The notes: generated from the sequence alone by a model not told the origin. DNA of 64,000 bases from Eledone cirrhosa (GCA_964016885.1 OZ024742.1:312914001-312978000), one strand, 5' to 3'. Positions 1 through 13,067 are shown, numbered from the stretch's first letter. Translations and numbers: made by a program.

Positions 1-156
1 GACTACCCGTCTAGCCCATGCTAGTGTGGAAGAACAGACATAAAATGGTGATGATGATGATATATATATATTTATATACATATATATCTATTTGTAACCT
101 AATATATACCTTTCATATACTGTACCAATGGTGTTGTTATTTCTGTTTACCTTTTA

Positions 157-187
<31 letters not shown>

Positions 188-204
188 ATATATATATATA
201 TATA

Positions 205-600
205 TGTCTAATGGGAGCTAAGATGCTTCCATAGGCAGTATGCTGGTTGAGCACTCTATGCTCCTATGGAGCAGAGTATGATAGAATGGAAAACGAAAAA
301 TGAGTGATGTATCGGAACTCAATTTATTGTGTGTTACAATTGTTTCCCCGGCGGACAGCTCGAGTTGCGATCTATGTGTGGATCGACCTGACTCTGGACT
401 CGCAGGTTCCTCGAACACGTCTATTGATTTCGGAGGATATGCTCCCAAATCAATAGACGTGTCTCCGGGGAACCTGCGAGTCCAGAGTCAGGTCGAGCCA
501 CACACACAGATCGCACTTTGAGCTGTTCACTGGGGAAACAATTGTAACACACAATAAATTGAGTTCCGATACATCACTCATTTTTCGTTTTCCATTCTAT
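205..600 (-). mobile_element. Fold-back PLE-terminus element (320-bp hairpin 281-600 plus unpaired tail), with the 3' half of a long-stem-II HHR
   Basis: Outer 69-bp arms are perfectly complementary, inner arms imperfect. GAAACAATTGTA motif in both arms. GAGTGCT tail motif on -. Flanked by (TA)n. Confidence 0.65.
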
Positions 601-617
601 ATATATATAAATATATA

Positions 618-950
618 ATTGGTGTAGGATGCTTAAAGTGTCCGTAAGCAGTAGGCCATTTAAGCACTCGATGCTCTTACAGAGTATGATATCACATAAG
701 AAACGAAGAATCAGTGTTGTGATGAATAAAATTTATTAGACATATTACAATCGTTTCTCTGGCGATCAGCTCGAGGCACGATCGATGTAATGATCGAACC
801 TGACTCTGAAATCGCAAGGTCCTCAGATACGTCTCGATTCTACAAAGCAGAGTTTCAAAAAAACTCTGCTTCGTAGCTGATCGCCAGAGAAACGATTGTA
901 ATATGTCTAATAAATTTTATTCATCGCAACACTGATTCTCCGTTTCTTAT

Positions 951-957
<7 letters not shown>
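618..957 (-). mobile_element. Fold-back PLE-terminus element related to 281-600
   Basis: ~83-bp inverted arms (689-771 / 875-957) with GAAACGATTGTA. Interior shares GATCGA.CCTGACTCTG with the first hairpin. Confidence 0.65.
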
Positions 958-1013
<56 letters not shown>

Positions 1014-1019
1014 CAACAT

Positions 1020-1500
1020 ATTTGTAGGTAAAAGTGATAACAAAAATATCAAAACAAATGTCACAGTACATGGAAGAAATATATTAGCTTAACGCTTGAA
1101 TTAACAAGAAGAGAGTCTTAACATTTCGGACACTAGTCTTTCATCAGAAGATAGAGTTAGAAATAGACGATACATATAAAGTAAAGTATGATGAGAGGAA
1201 GGAATGGAAAAAATGAGAACAAAATTGGGGAGAAAAAAACACATGTGTGTATTCAGTCGGCCATCTTATTTCATTTTTGTATTTGTTTTGCATTGATGTG
1301 AAATCATGTGTTGAAACAAATTTTGTTATACTATGAGAGGGTCATGCTTCCCATAAAAACATATACACCAGTTGAATTTCACTTCAGTTTATCATTAATT
1401 GAGTAACTAATCCATTCCTTGGTTAATTTAGTAACTCTATGATTGTTTAATTGAAAACTCTTTTGTTACACATCCTGTGACCTCCTCAACAAATATTCTT
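1020..1500 (-). mobile_element. Decayed PLE 3' end with degenerate HHR (~1115-1150)
   Basis: Minus strand TCTT CTGATGA AAGACTAGTGTCC GAAA TGTT AAGA; boundaries approximate. Confidence 0.45.
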
Positions 1501-3877
1501 GTTTCTCTGTGTCTCACACATTTGATTGTATATCTGTCAATTTGAGTAGATGCTCCCTCTGTTTGGTCTGTTTGGGATATTTCCTCTGTTTCTTACCTAT
1601 TCTTCCCATTCAGCAACCTCTTGTAGTAACATTTCCATAATTCTTTCTTCTTAGTACCGATGAGAAGAAGTGTGCTATTAATATTACACACACACACACA
1701 CTTCACTAATGACTCTCTTATTCACACTCACATACTACTTTAAACTCCACAACATCTCACACCTCTCATCACAGAACATTGACAAACCTCTTACTTTGTG
1801 CTTCTCTCCTAGCAACTTGAAATTATTCCTTGGTTTTCTCTTTTCTTCCATTATTTCCAGGACAATATCTTAACTCCTATGGTTCTATATACTTTATCCT
1901 TCCACAAACATGTTCTGTTCTATTTAAGTGGAACCTTCCTCCATTTGCAGGTCTACTGAGTGGCTTCCAGCAAGTTATCTAATGAAACATTCCAATTATC
2001 TTTTATGTAACATAGTAGTGCCAAAGTTATGATAAAATGTTCCTAGTACATGCTGAAAAGTGGTTGGTGTTAGAAAGAGCATCCTGAGTAAAAACCAAGC
2101 CCAAAACAAAATATACAAGCTAGACATAATCACCTTGTCTAACCTCAGCACTCAGTACCGGAAAGCCTATCTAACCCATGCAAGTATGGAAAATAGATGT
2201 TAAATGTTAACAATAATAATGTTGATGATGTTGCTGTCTTCTAAGCATAACCTCGTATATCATTGAACCTATATCTGGCCAAGGGATATTCCTGTTTTCT
2301 TACCTTCCATTTCTAGATTGTTTGGTGCCTCTAATTTCTTTTTTCTCTTACTCCAGCATCACTAATCTATAGTTTATATTGAGTGCTACATTCTTTACCA
2401 TTTTCACAACCATTTTACCTAGCACACATTGTGAATGTGGTTGGCCTCAGGAAGGGCATCCAGTTGTAGAAACCAAGCCAAAATCAGTTCTATGTGAGCG
2501 AAACACGGTCCTTCAACCTAATCTCTCACAAAGGGCCAGCCCATCCTTCAGATGTTAGCATGGAAAATGGATGTTAAACAATGATGATGATTATTATTAT
2601 GTTCATTAAAGTAACAAACTAACCAACAGTGATAATAAAATCACTTCCATTGTCATCATAGTAATCTGCAAAAGGCCTGTATAGTAATGGTCCTTTTGTG
2701 CTCCACTGTCAATCCCGATTGTTGTGGATTTGCAAAAATAACTGCTGCTGTCATATTGCATATGACTAACCTAATAATTATTCTTTCACATACTCTGACT
2801 ATGCCAATTACATTTCTCTGCTAAAACTATGCCTTTTCCACCAACTCTAGTGATATTATCTGCCCTAATGAATATGTATTTGTGTTCCTTGCCTCTTAAT
2901 AAGTCTGGATGAGGCTTTCTACCATCATAACTCTTGTAAACAGCACAGATCCATTTACCTTCATTGTATCATCTCTACAACTTCTCATCTTGTCAATGGT
3001 TGATTAACATAAAACAAAAATTGAATTTCAAGCATCAGTAATGTTTTAGGTACTAGAATGGTCATTCAATCAATTACCAAAGCTTAATTTTAAAAAAAAT
3101 ATATTTTGTCAATCCTTACTAAGCAAGATAAAAAAAAAATACTTCTAATTTGTTTTTCAATATATTGCCTGTTTTAGTTTCTGACAGGAGAGCTGTGAGT
3201 TTTAGGTAAACAGAATCAGTAACATGACAAACGAAATACAAAAAAAATATATAAACACTTGCAAACATATAGAATTATATAGCATCACAGTTTCTATGTT
3301 CCACATAATGTTAGTAGTTATAATGGGCAAAATACATTCAAATACTAACTAGGTATGTAAAGAAAAGTTTCCTTTTAGTTAATTGTTTGTTTAATATTGA
3401 GCCAAACAACTCTTTAGAATATATAAAGGAAAGAGGGGAGTAACAGAATGAAAATAGACCTTTTAAAAGCTATTTGAAAGCTATTAAAACTTTTAAAGTG
3501 TTTGAACATCTGAGAACACACAGAATGCTATTTAAAGCCTACTACTAATATTTAAAATAAAACAGAAATGACTAAAAAATGAAAAACAAAAAACTACGTA
3601 TTTGAAGTTAAACATAAGATTGTATGCATTTGAAAGTAAAATCTCTAATACATGTTGGAAATGCTACCAAATGGATAGATTAAATTTAAAGTAGATTTTA
3701 ATGAAAGTTATATTATAAAACCTTAAGCTGTGATCTAAAATGATATTGTAAGTAAACAGATCCAAGGAAAAAAGACTGGTATCATTGGCACTAACATCAA
3801 AAATATCTTTCTCCGAGGAAAGATTCTGTTTGAAATAGAGTTTTCCTCTTCCTCACAGAAAAAAAGTATTCTAGCTT

Positions 3878-4092
3878 TAACCCTTTGGCATTTAAACTGG
3901 CAGTATCCAGCCAGAATTGTCTCACCTCTTTCTGTTCAAACTGGCCATAACTGGCTACTATTACTGATGGTAATGTATTGTTCTCAAAATAAATAATATC
4001 AAAATCTCATAGATTCAATATCATATGAGATAAAGCTTTTACTGTGAAAATACAATATTAAATATAGAGTAATGTAAACACTAAAGGGTTAA
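3878..4092. mobile_element. piggyBac-type MITE
   Basis: TTAA-CCCTTTGGCATTTA ... TAAACACTAAAGGG-TTAA. Related copies at ~9800-10008, ~12460-12512 and ~36707-36925. Confidence 0.7.
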
Positions 4093-4350
4093 ACAAAAAA
4101 AAAATTATTTTGATTTCACAGTTAGGGTTGTACAGTTGATTGATTTAACCTCAATAAATTACTGGTATTAATATATTACAAAGATATGAGTGTGAAGTAT
4201 CCAGTTTGTGTAACACTGCCATAGCCACCTGCAGTTTCTTTATCCCTTTCATTACTATATCTCTAATAAAAGACATAGCCTATAATTTTCAATTCATTTT
4301 GAATGATTTAGGAATATAATTAACTTTCTCATTATTAGGTTGGTGTTTGG

Positions 4351-4567
4351 AGGGCGGTGGATTGGCAGTATCAGTTGGGTGTTGGACAACATACTTTTCA
4401 GCATAGAGTTATGGTCCTTTACATTCTGAGTTCAAATCCCGGTTAGCTTTGCTTTTCATCCTTACATGGTCGATAAGTATAGCACTAGTAATGCACTGGG
4501 ATCAATTTAATCGACTTCCCCCTCCCCACAAAACCTTTTGGCCTTGTGCCTAAATCAGAAATCATTA
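4351..4567 (+). mobile_element. tRNA-derived SINE (Meta-domain-like centre, ATT-type tail)
   Basis: A-box-like TGGCAGTATCAG, B-box GAGTTCAAATCC, central GCTTTTCATCCTTAC.GGTCGATAA. Confidence 0.8.
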
Positions 4568-4886
4568 CAGTGCATCTTCGCTTATCCGGACGGTCAAAAC
4601 CAAACAGTTAGAAAAAGATCCGGTTAAGTGAAATATCCGGATAAGTGAATTCTAAAATCCCATTGTTACATAATGCTCGTGGTTTCTAATGTTTTGGCTT
4701 CTTTTAGTCAAAATAAAAAACAAATGCTAAGTAAAGAAAGTTTAATAGAATAACAAAAGAACAGCTAGAATTTATAAGAAAATTAATTAAACAAACATAA
4801 GAAAAACTAAAAACTTGGTACAATTGAATTGAGTCAAACAATAAAAAGTTAGTACTTTTTTTAAATGAATAAATAGAAGATCGTTT

Positions 4887-6668
4887 TCACGCTGAAGCTC
4901 GTCGTTCCACTACCATTTCTCGCCAATGTAAACATGTCGCAGTGCTAACCAGATCCGCCAGTCCCTCATACCTCAAATATGTTAAAAATTGGTCTATATG
5001 ATGATATGCTTCCGCATGCGTCACGAAGCGTTTCTCAACAACTTTTTCGACTAAAACTTTCTCTTCTTCTTCGTCATCCCCCTTTTGACTTTCGTGTTCA
5101 ACAATTCCGACGTCATCGAAATTTTCATACCCTAGCCTGTCATTCTCAAACCATTCGATCAAATCTTCTGCCGAACTCTCACCAGTAATTTCTGTCAAAC
5201 CCGTTAAAAGCGCTTCGTCCGTAATTGGAATTTCGTAATTGTCCTTGTTTCCTTCTGCATTGTCCTTGTTCTCATCCGACATCAATTTTTTCCACGATCG
5301 ACGCAAAGTTTCCTCAGTTATCGAGTCCCACGCAACAGCTGAATGGTCAACCACCTCCCTCATCTTTATCGCATGTAAAAATGGAATCATTCCCGTGTCC
5401 CCCTTTCCGATCAAATCCGGCAGCAATTGTTTTCTGTAAATCCGCTTTAGTGTCTCCAAAACTCCCTGGTCCATTGGCTGAATAAGTGATGTAACGTTCG
5501 CCGGAAGAAATGCTGCCCGAATCTGTCCATCTGCCGAAATCAAGTCCTCCTCATCCGGATGCGCTGCACAATTGTCCAAAACAAGAATCGCTTTTGTCTT
5601 CACCCCCATCTTAGCCAAAGCAGAATGGACAAACGGAACGAAAACTTTGTGAAACCACTTGCCGAAAATTTCTAGAGTTACCCAAGCATTCTTCGAGTTC
5701 CGATAGGTGACCGGCAAGTTCTCCATGTTGATTCCCGCAAAACATCTCGGCCGCTTCGCTTTTCCAATGAAGAGAAGGGGAAGTTTGATTGTCCTGGAAG
5801 CATTCATGCAGGTGGAAATGGTTACCCGGTCTTTTAGTTTCTTCATTCCTTCGGGGTCTTTTTCGAGGGCAGTGGCTAGTGTACGCGAAGCGAGAAGTCG
5901 GAAGCAAAGGTCCGTCTCGTCAGCATTGAAAATTTGATCTGGAGTGTAGCCGGAAATTATTGTTGGAAAACGTTGGACGTAATCTTCAGCTGCTTCTTTA
6001 TTTGCGCTGACTTTCTCACCCGAGATGGCGAGATTCCGTATTCCATAACGGTGGCAAAACTTTGTTTGGTAGCCCGTGCTTGCAAGAAAGTCTTTTTCCA
6101 CATCAGGATAAAGCCGCCGGTAGAAGTCCGATGCCTATAAAAGAATGTATGAAAACTTGTTTATTTTCCAGATCTCATGAATATTTAAAGAGATTTAAAC
6201 AAAACAGGGGAAAGACAACATTGGACAGGCAGCTCATGCACTTTTCAAGTGCAGGGAAGGGCAGCTCATGCACTTTTCAAGTGCAGGGAAAGGCAGCTCA
6301 TTAATATAAAACCGGTTTAAACAAGATGAGTAAATTACACTGTACACACCTTTTCCATTAAAACAGGAACGTTTTTTTCTTGAAGCTGCTGGAACCAAAT
6401 GTACAATGCCTGGTCTAATTGCTCCGTAGTCAGACGTTTTCAGGCATTTCGCTTTCTTTTCCACTTCCTTCAAACCAATTTGCAATTTTTCTGGTACGAA
6501 TCCGCGTAGCTTGACTTCTGACCGGTTGATATCCAATATTGTAGACGTCCCGACATTGTATCTTTTCGCGAGTTCATTTGGTGTAGCTGTTTTCTTTTTC
6601 AATACATCACATATAGAGAGCTTATCCGCGATAGTCAAAACAACTCACTTTCGCTTTTCTCCAGCCAT
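4887..6668 (-). pseudogene. Tigger/CENP-B-like DDE transposase, two exons (6668-6350, 6134-4887), disrupted in exon 1
   Basis: HTH start MAGEKRK*VVLTIADKL. DDE motifs FNADET, LVLDNCAAH, LIQPMDQG. A GT-AG intron at 6349-6135 joins LMEK|ASDFYRRL in frame. Stop and frameshift in exon 1. Confidence 0.85.
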
Positions 6669-6678
6669 TATGTTTAAC

Positions 6679-6859
6679 GTGGATTGGCAGTATCGGTAGA
6701 GGGTCGGAAACCATGCTTTCCAGCATAGTTACGTCCCTTTACAATCTGAGTTCAAATCTCGCCGAGGTTGACTTTGCCTTTCATCCTTACGGGGTCGATA
6801 AAATAAAGTACCAGTAATACACTGGATAATTGCAGGCCTTGTGCCAAAAAGTAGAAACA
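6679..6859 (+). mobile_element. tRNA-derived SINE inserted in Tigger at the transposase start
   Basis: 12-bp TSD ATTATGTTTAAC (6667-6678 / 6860-6871). Confidence 0.9.
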
Positions 6860-7407
6860 ATTATGTTTAACTGAGAGCCAAGTTAGTTTTCTTAGCTTTT
6901 AAACAGTCAAACAAATAAAAGAAATCAATACACGCCACGTGTTAGCTGCGTGTGATGGCTAGGCATAAGTAGCCAACCGGCACTAGGCGCATTTTCTATA
7001 AACTTCATAAACCCTCAGATAAACATAAACCTTCCCAAACAACCTTCAAATACACATTGTTTGCAGTATAGAAATAGCCGTCCGGTAAATCGAATTTCGG
7101 AGAAGCGATATCCGGATAAGCGAAGATGCACTGTATTAAGTTGGTGATTGGAACATAACTTAACAAAGGTTCTTACATAGAATTATAATGGGAGGTTTTT
7201 AGATGAATATAAACACTTTAAAGCAAACAGTTTTGTATCATAGAACTAGGGACAGTTTGGTATCAAATGGTTTAATATATGAATGACAGAGACAATGAGA
7301 GAACGGCTGAGCAGCCTAATTTGCATATTGAGTGAGTTAGTCGGCCGGGCGTTTCATTCTTTTCCATTTATCGTTTTCGGTGCGCCCGGTCGACTAACTC
7401 ACTCGAT

Positions 7408-7415
7408 ATGCAAAT
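7408..7415 (+). promoter_or_regulatory. Octamer motif ATGCAAAT in the retrozyme monomer (candidate snRNA-type promoter element)
   Basis: Exact octamer, also present at 7319-7326 (-, approx.), 50598-50605 (-) and 51162-51169 (+). Function inferred only. Confidence 0.4.
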
Positions 7416-7489
7416 TAGGCTACTCAGCCATTAATATGCATATTGAAAGTATATACTTTCAGACATTCAATCATCTGGCAGGAAGGTAT

Positions 7490-7532
7490 ACGATGCTGAC
7501 GATAGCTAATAAGCTTGAAACTAGTACATCGT
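7490..7532 (+). ncRNA. Type I minimal hammerhead ribozyme
   Basis: ACGATG-CTGACGA-T-AGCT-AATA-AGCT-T-GAAA-CTAG-TA-CATCGT: stem I ACGATG/CATCGT, intact core, stem II AGCT/AGCT, palindromic stem III ACTAGT, predicted cleavage after GUA (7526). Confidence 0.92.
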
Positions 7533-7814
7533 TCCAGTGTCAGTGTTGAACACAAAGGCGACGATGGTTGCCTGAACACTGTACGGTGTAATTCGGGCTG
7601 TTTGTTTGTTTACAAACGAACAAACCGAACATTATAATAAATGTAAACCCATACGTATATATATATATGTGTGAATGTATGTATATATATATATACTACT
7701 GTACGTCTGTATACATATATGTATGTATGTATACACACATACTTACATTTAAGTATCAGCCATACTAAGAGTGAGAAATGAAATTTTGTTTCATTCTTTT
7801 ATATATATATATAT

Positions 7815-9319
7815 ATCATCATCATCATCATCGTTTAACGTCCATATTCCACGCTTGCATGGGTTTGGACGGGAGTTTTCCCACTTGAGGCAAGAGTGGT
7901 TGTCTTGCTCGCATAGGACTGTCTGGCGGGTTTTCTACGGCTGGATGCCCTTCCTAACACCAACCACATTTACAGTGTGGAACTTGGAGGTTTTTACCGT
8001 GTTACTTACACGGCCACATTACAGCGTGGACTGTGTGTTTTTTTGTCGTGACACCTACACGACCTCATTTGTTTCGGGCTGGATGTTGTGGTACCAACAT
8101 AACTTTACATTGAAAGGGGTGGTGTGGATGGGGTGGGGGTAGTGGGACTGGGGTGTATTTTTGTTAGAGGTGCCTACTGACTGTAGTAGGTTTCAATTTG
8201 TTCTTAGGTAAGGCGGGTCTTCTCTATTACTGTCTAGCGCCAAAGCTCTCGGTCCAGTGACATTGTCTTGGAGAGGTGTAAGTGTGTAAGGTGTAATATA
8301 TATATATATCAAGTTGTCCCAGGTTTTTCTGGGTCTGCCTACTCCATGGCTACCGTCTATTTTTATTGCCCTGCACTTTTTTATACAGCTGTCGTCTTTC
8401 ATGCTCATCACGTGACCATACCAACGTAGTCTTCTCTCGAGTAAACAACATCTGATCCCTCTTATTTCTAATTTTTCCCTTAGTTCGTTTATGCTTTGCT
8501 GTTCATGTATATTACTATTACACATCCAGCGGAGCATGCAAGCTTCGTTCCTCTCCAGTCTGCGTATATCCTCTGCACACAATGCCCAGGTCTCACTGCC
8601 ATGCAACATTGCTGTTCGTATGCCGGCATCATACAGCCTGCCTTTCATTTTTAGGGAGAACCCTTTAGCGGCTAATAGTGGTATAAGCTCTCTGAACTTT
8701 TTCCATCCAGTTCTGACTCTAGCTACTGTACTTTCAGAGCACCCTCCCCCACTGCTGATTTTGTCACCCAGGTAACGGAAGGTGTCCACTATTTCTATAG
8801 AACCATCTGTGCAATGGAATGAGTTAGTATTCTGTGGGCACTTGCTGCTACTTATTGCACCAGAGCACTGGCCACATATAAAATCTATGTTCTTAGTTAG
8901 CTTACCTGTGATCCCACTACATCTTTTATGCACCCATACTTTGCATTTGGGACATAAAATGGAGTTTCTACCTTCTCCTTTCCTACACACTGAGCATGGC
9001 CATTTCCCGGATGGGACCGGCACCCTATTTTCCTTCCTACAAACTAGAACTTTAGTCTTAGACAGGTTAATTTTAAGGCCTTTTGATTCTAGGCCATGCT
9101 TCCATGTTTGGAATTTCTTCTCTAGTTCGGCCATTGATTCAGCATTGAGCGTTAGATCATCTGCGTATAGGAGTTCCCACGGGCAGCCGGTCTTGAACTC
9201 CACTGTTATAGCCTGAAGGGCGATAATAAATAGTAGGGGGCTAAGAACGGAGCCCTGATGAATACCAACTTTTACGCTAAACTCTTCACTATATTCGTTG
9301 TTAATTCTAACCTTGCTGA

Positions 9320-9322
<3 letters not shown>
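7815..9322 (-). mobile_element. 5'-truncated RTE-clade LINE (RT with PHD-like Cys-rich insert, (GAT)n tail)
   Basis: ORF 8193-9392: [39 protein letters not shown]. Confidence 0.9.
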
Positions 9323-9384
<62 letters not shown>

Positions 9385-10748
9385 CCTATCATTCCACTGC
9401 AAAGTGGTCATGGAGGTGTCACGGCAATAAAGCCCCCAGTACTCACTGTAAATGAGGTTGGTGCTAGGAAAGGCATCCAGCTGTAGAAATCAACCCAGAA
9501 TCAGTTCCCGTCCCACCCTTGCAAGGTCACTCTTTTTTATTAAAGATTTTCCTAATTTCCTTATTAGTCCATTATATTTAGTTTGGAACATTGGTATTCT
9601 TAAATACAATACATTAGTCCATTGATATTTCAAACCTTTCTCAGCTTCATCCACAGAAGAAAAAAAAATGATGATATTTATGAGATATTGCTCACATGTT
9701 TTACAGGAGGTGACAAAGGATCAAGGAAATGCTGGTAAAATCTTCAACACTAGTTGACAATCATAAGCAATATCTTTCAAGCAATTTTTTTCATGTTATT
9801 TACCTGTATCCAGCCAGCATTCTCTCACCTCTTTCTGTTCAAACCAGCCATAACTGGCCACTCATACCGACATGAAGGTATTGTTCTCAAAATAAATAAT
9901 ATCAAAATCTCATAGATTCGATATTATGTGAGATAATTATGTGAGATAAAGCCTTTACCATGAAAATACAATAGTAATTAGAGAGTGATGTAAATACTAA
10001 AGAGTTAAAGCAGGGATTAACTTTGTAGACCCTGATGATAATTTTCATACTCATCATAGGGGTTCTTTTTAAAGAAAAGATCTATAGCAAGATGTTCTTC
10101 CTAGAGCCAACCCCTTTTAGTTGCTTCTTATGACATGTAAGGATACAGTGTACTTATTTTAAACTGGATACATACAGTATGATTTCATGAGAAATATGGT
10201 AGCAAAAGTATTAAAGAACACATATCAGTAATAAAACTAATGCAAGAGAACACCAGCTTCGAATTTGTAATTGAATTTCAGTTGGGGTTAATCAGAACTA
10301 CTATTGTTTTGGTATTTGCTTCTTTTTTCTTTTTAATATAGTGTAAAACCTAAATTATCAGTTGTTATATAAATACCATGAAAACTGCTGCAGAAATATC
10401 TGATGTGTCTTTTGTTCTGTTATTGGATGTGTCAGCCAGTAATACAGGCTTAAAATACGTAGGTTTGATTTCTAGTATTTAAAAATAGCTCTCGACTAGA
10501 ATTTATTGCTGCTAAACTTCATGGATAAGGTTATTCTTGGTATTCACTTGTAATATAAAGCAATTTGAGACATTTTTAGATGTTCTGATACTAATTGTTA
10601 CAAAACAGACAACATGACTGCAATTATCACTTGGTCTCATATATACATAGATACACACACATACATATATATATGCATACACACACACACATATATATAT
10701 ACATATATATATATATACACACACACACATATATATATACACATATAT

Positions 10749-10855
<107 letters not shown>

Positions 10856-10872
10856 CACACACTCACACACAC

Positions 10873-10924
<52 letters not shown>

Positions 10925-10928
<4 letters not shown>

Positions 10929-11056
10929 TTTCTTTATTAACCACAAGGGTTTACATAAAGTAGACATTAAGGACAGTACAGGACAATACAGGACGGTACA
11001 AATGGGCATTTCTGCGTGTAAAAAAAACAGAGGATGTAATAAAAATAACAATGAAA

Positions 11057-11057
<1 letters not shown>
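10925..11057 (-). mobile_element. 3' UTR fragment of the Tx1-like LINE in an (AAT)n array
   Basis: Reverse complement matches ~47090-47225. Confidence 0.6.
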
Positions 11058-11121
<64 letters not shown>

Positions 11122-12169
11122 TGATTTCTAATAATAATAAAATAAAACAAAATAGTACCAACAACAGCAACAATACAAACAAAAAATATTTCAATGTCTG
11201 GATTTATAAATTTGCACCAGAAATCTGTCGAGAATTTGAAAGAAAGTTAGGAAGAGAATCTTTCGGAAGATCAATAGCTAAAATAAAACATTGAAATGGA
11301 ATTCTGTGATAGAAAATTAGTCATACAAAGAAGTAAGTGTTAAAATGATTGAGAGAAATTATCTTTTGAGAAGTGTTAACATTCTTCAGCAAGACATCAA
11401 TGGGTTTCAACAATTCAATTATTCCATACATACATACATACATACATACATGTATGTATATATATATATATACACACACATACATGTATGTATGTATGTA
11501 TGTATGTATGTATGTATGTATGTATGTATGTATGTATGTATGTATATAGAAAGAGAGATGTGTGTGTGTATATATATATATATATACACACACACATACA
11601 TAGATACATGTATGTATGTATGTATGTATATATATAGAGAGAGATGTGTGTGTGTGTGTATATATATTTATATATATATATAGAGAGAGAGAGATGTATG
11701 TGTGCATATATATATCATCATCATCATCACCGATATATATATATAGAGAGAGAGATAGAGAGACATGTATGTGTGTGTGCATGTGCATTGCATTCAGATA
11801 CATTATTCTTTATCAATTATTTTATTTTTTAACATCCTTTAATCTCTCTTGAACTATTAATCAATAATAATTTATCGTTCCATGAATGCTTATTCTTTAT
11901 TTGTAACAGAAAAGAGAGACTTTGCAAGTGGCAGATACACTGGGATAATTGATAGTAAGAGCACCAATGAAATAAACTTTTTCCAGTGCTGGGAAGATAC
12001 CTTGGAATTCATTAATAGCTTCTGTTACACAGTGGAAGAGGTTACTCTGAATTCATAGTAGCTACAATAAGAACAGGGTAGAAAAAGTTTAGTGGGTGAA
12101 AGGTATGTTATATGATGCCTGAGTGTGATGCATGATGCTGAATGGCCGTGAGACATGGGCAGAGAATAT

Positions 12170-12423
12170 ACTTTAACATGCGCCTGGAGGAGGACTGTTG
12201 GGTAAAGAAGTGCCAAGAAATCCCAGTAGAAGGAAGACGCAGTAGAGGAAGACCACAAAAAACATGGACGGAGGTGGTGAGAGCTGATCTCAGATCGCTG
12301 AAGCTCACGAAGGAGATGCCGAAGGACCGTGACGAATGGAGAAATGCTGTGCTGAATAGAACCCATCCCACTCTTGCAACTAGGGAAAAGCGGATGTAAA
12401 ATGATGATGATGGTGATGATGAT
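12170..12423 (+). mobile_element. RTE LINE 3' fragment (distinct subfamily)
   Basis: MRLEEDCWVKKC...GRPQKTW; (GAT)n tail. Confidence 0.8.
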
Positions 12424-13023
12424 CAGTATGAGTGGCCAATTACAGTTGGTGTGAATAGAAAGAGGTGACAGAATTCTGGCTGGATATAGCTGGTTTAAAT
12501 ACTAAAGTGTTAAAAGTATCATAAAACTTTATCACAAAGATATGAAACTTTGCATTAAAGTCAAATTGTCATTTGCTATAAACCTTCTTGAAATTTTTTG
12601 CTTAAAAAATCTTTCTGAAATTTTGTCCCCAAAACATCATGAAAATTCGAAGTCTAAAGAATGTAAAGTGTAGACATTCTAGTAAGCAATATCAATGCAT
12701 CCAACAGTGAAAGGGCAAATGAGAATCAGTAAATATTGGAGTTTACAGCTTTTAGAACAATAATCATTCATAAGAGATTGCATCATTAAAAATGACTGCA
12801 AAATGACTGCAAGACTCCAGTTTCATTAACAAACATGATAAAATACAGAATACAAACAAAGTCCAAAATGTCCGCCTAACCCTCACACATTCAATCATAT
12901 CAACTTTACTTGGAAGAATATATATAATAAATATGTATATATATGTATATGTATATTTATATATATATATATATTATATATATAATAAATATGTATATAT
13001 TATATATATATATATAATAAATA

Positions 13024-13067
<44 letters not shown>

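Larger units (their letters stand above)
4568..7133 (-). mobile_element. Tigger/pogo-family DNA transposon, complete
   Basis: Perfect 23-bp TIRs CAGTGCATCTTCGCTTATCCGGA (4568-4590 / 7111-7133), TA target duplication, transposase on -. Confidence 0.95.
7302..7800 (+). mobile_element. Retrozyme-like non-autonomous element: one ~437-bp HHR-containing monomer preceded by a 50-bp inverted piece
   Basis: GTTTCATTCTTTT at 7351 recurs at 7788 (terminal redundancy). 7302-7351 is the reverse complement of 7383-7432. Highly similar to units at 50189-51510. No meaningful ORF. Followed by (TA)n. Confidence 0.8.
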
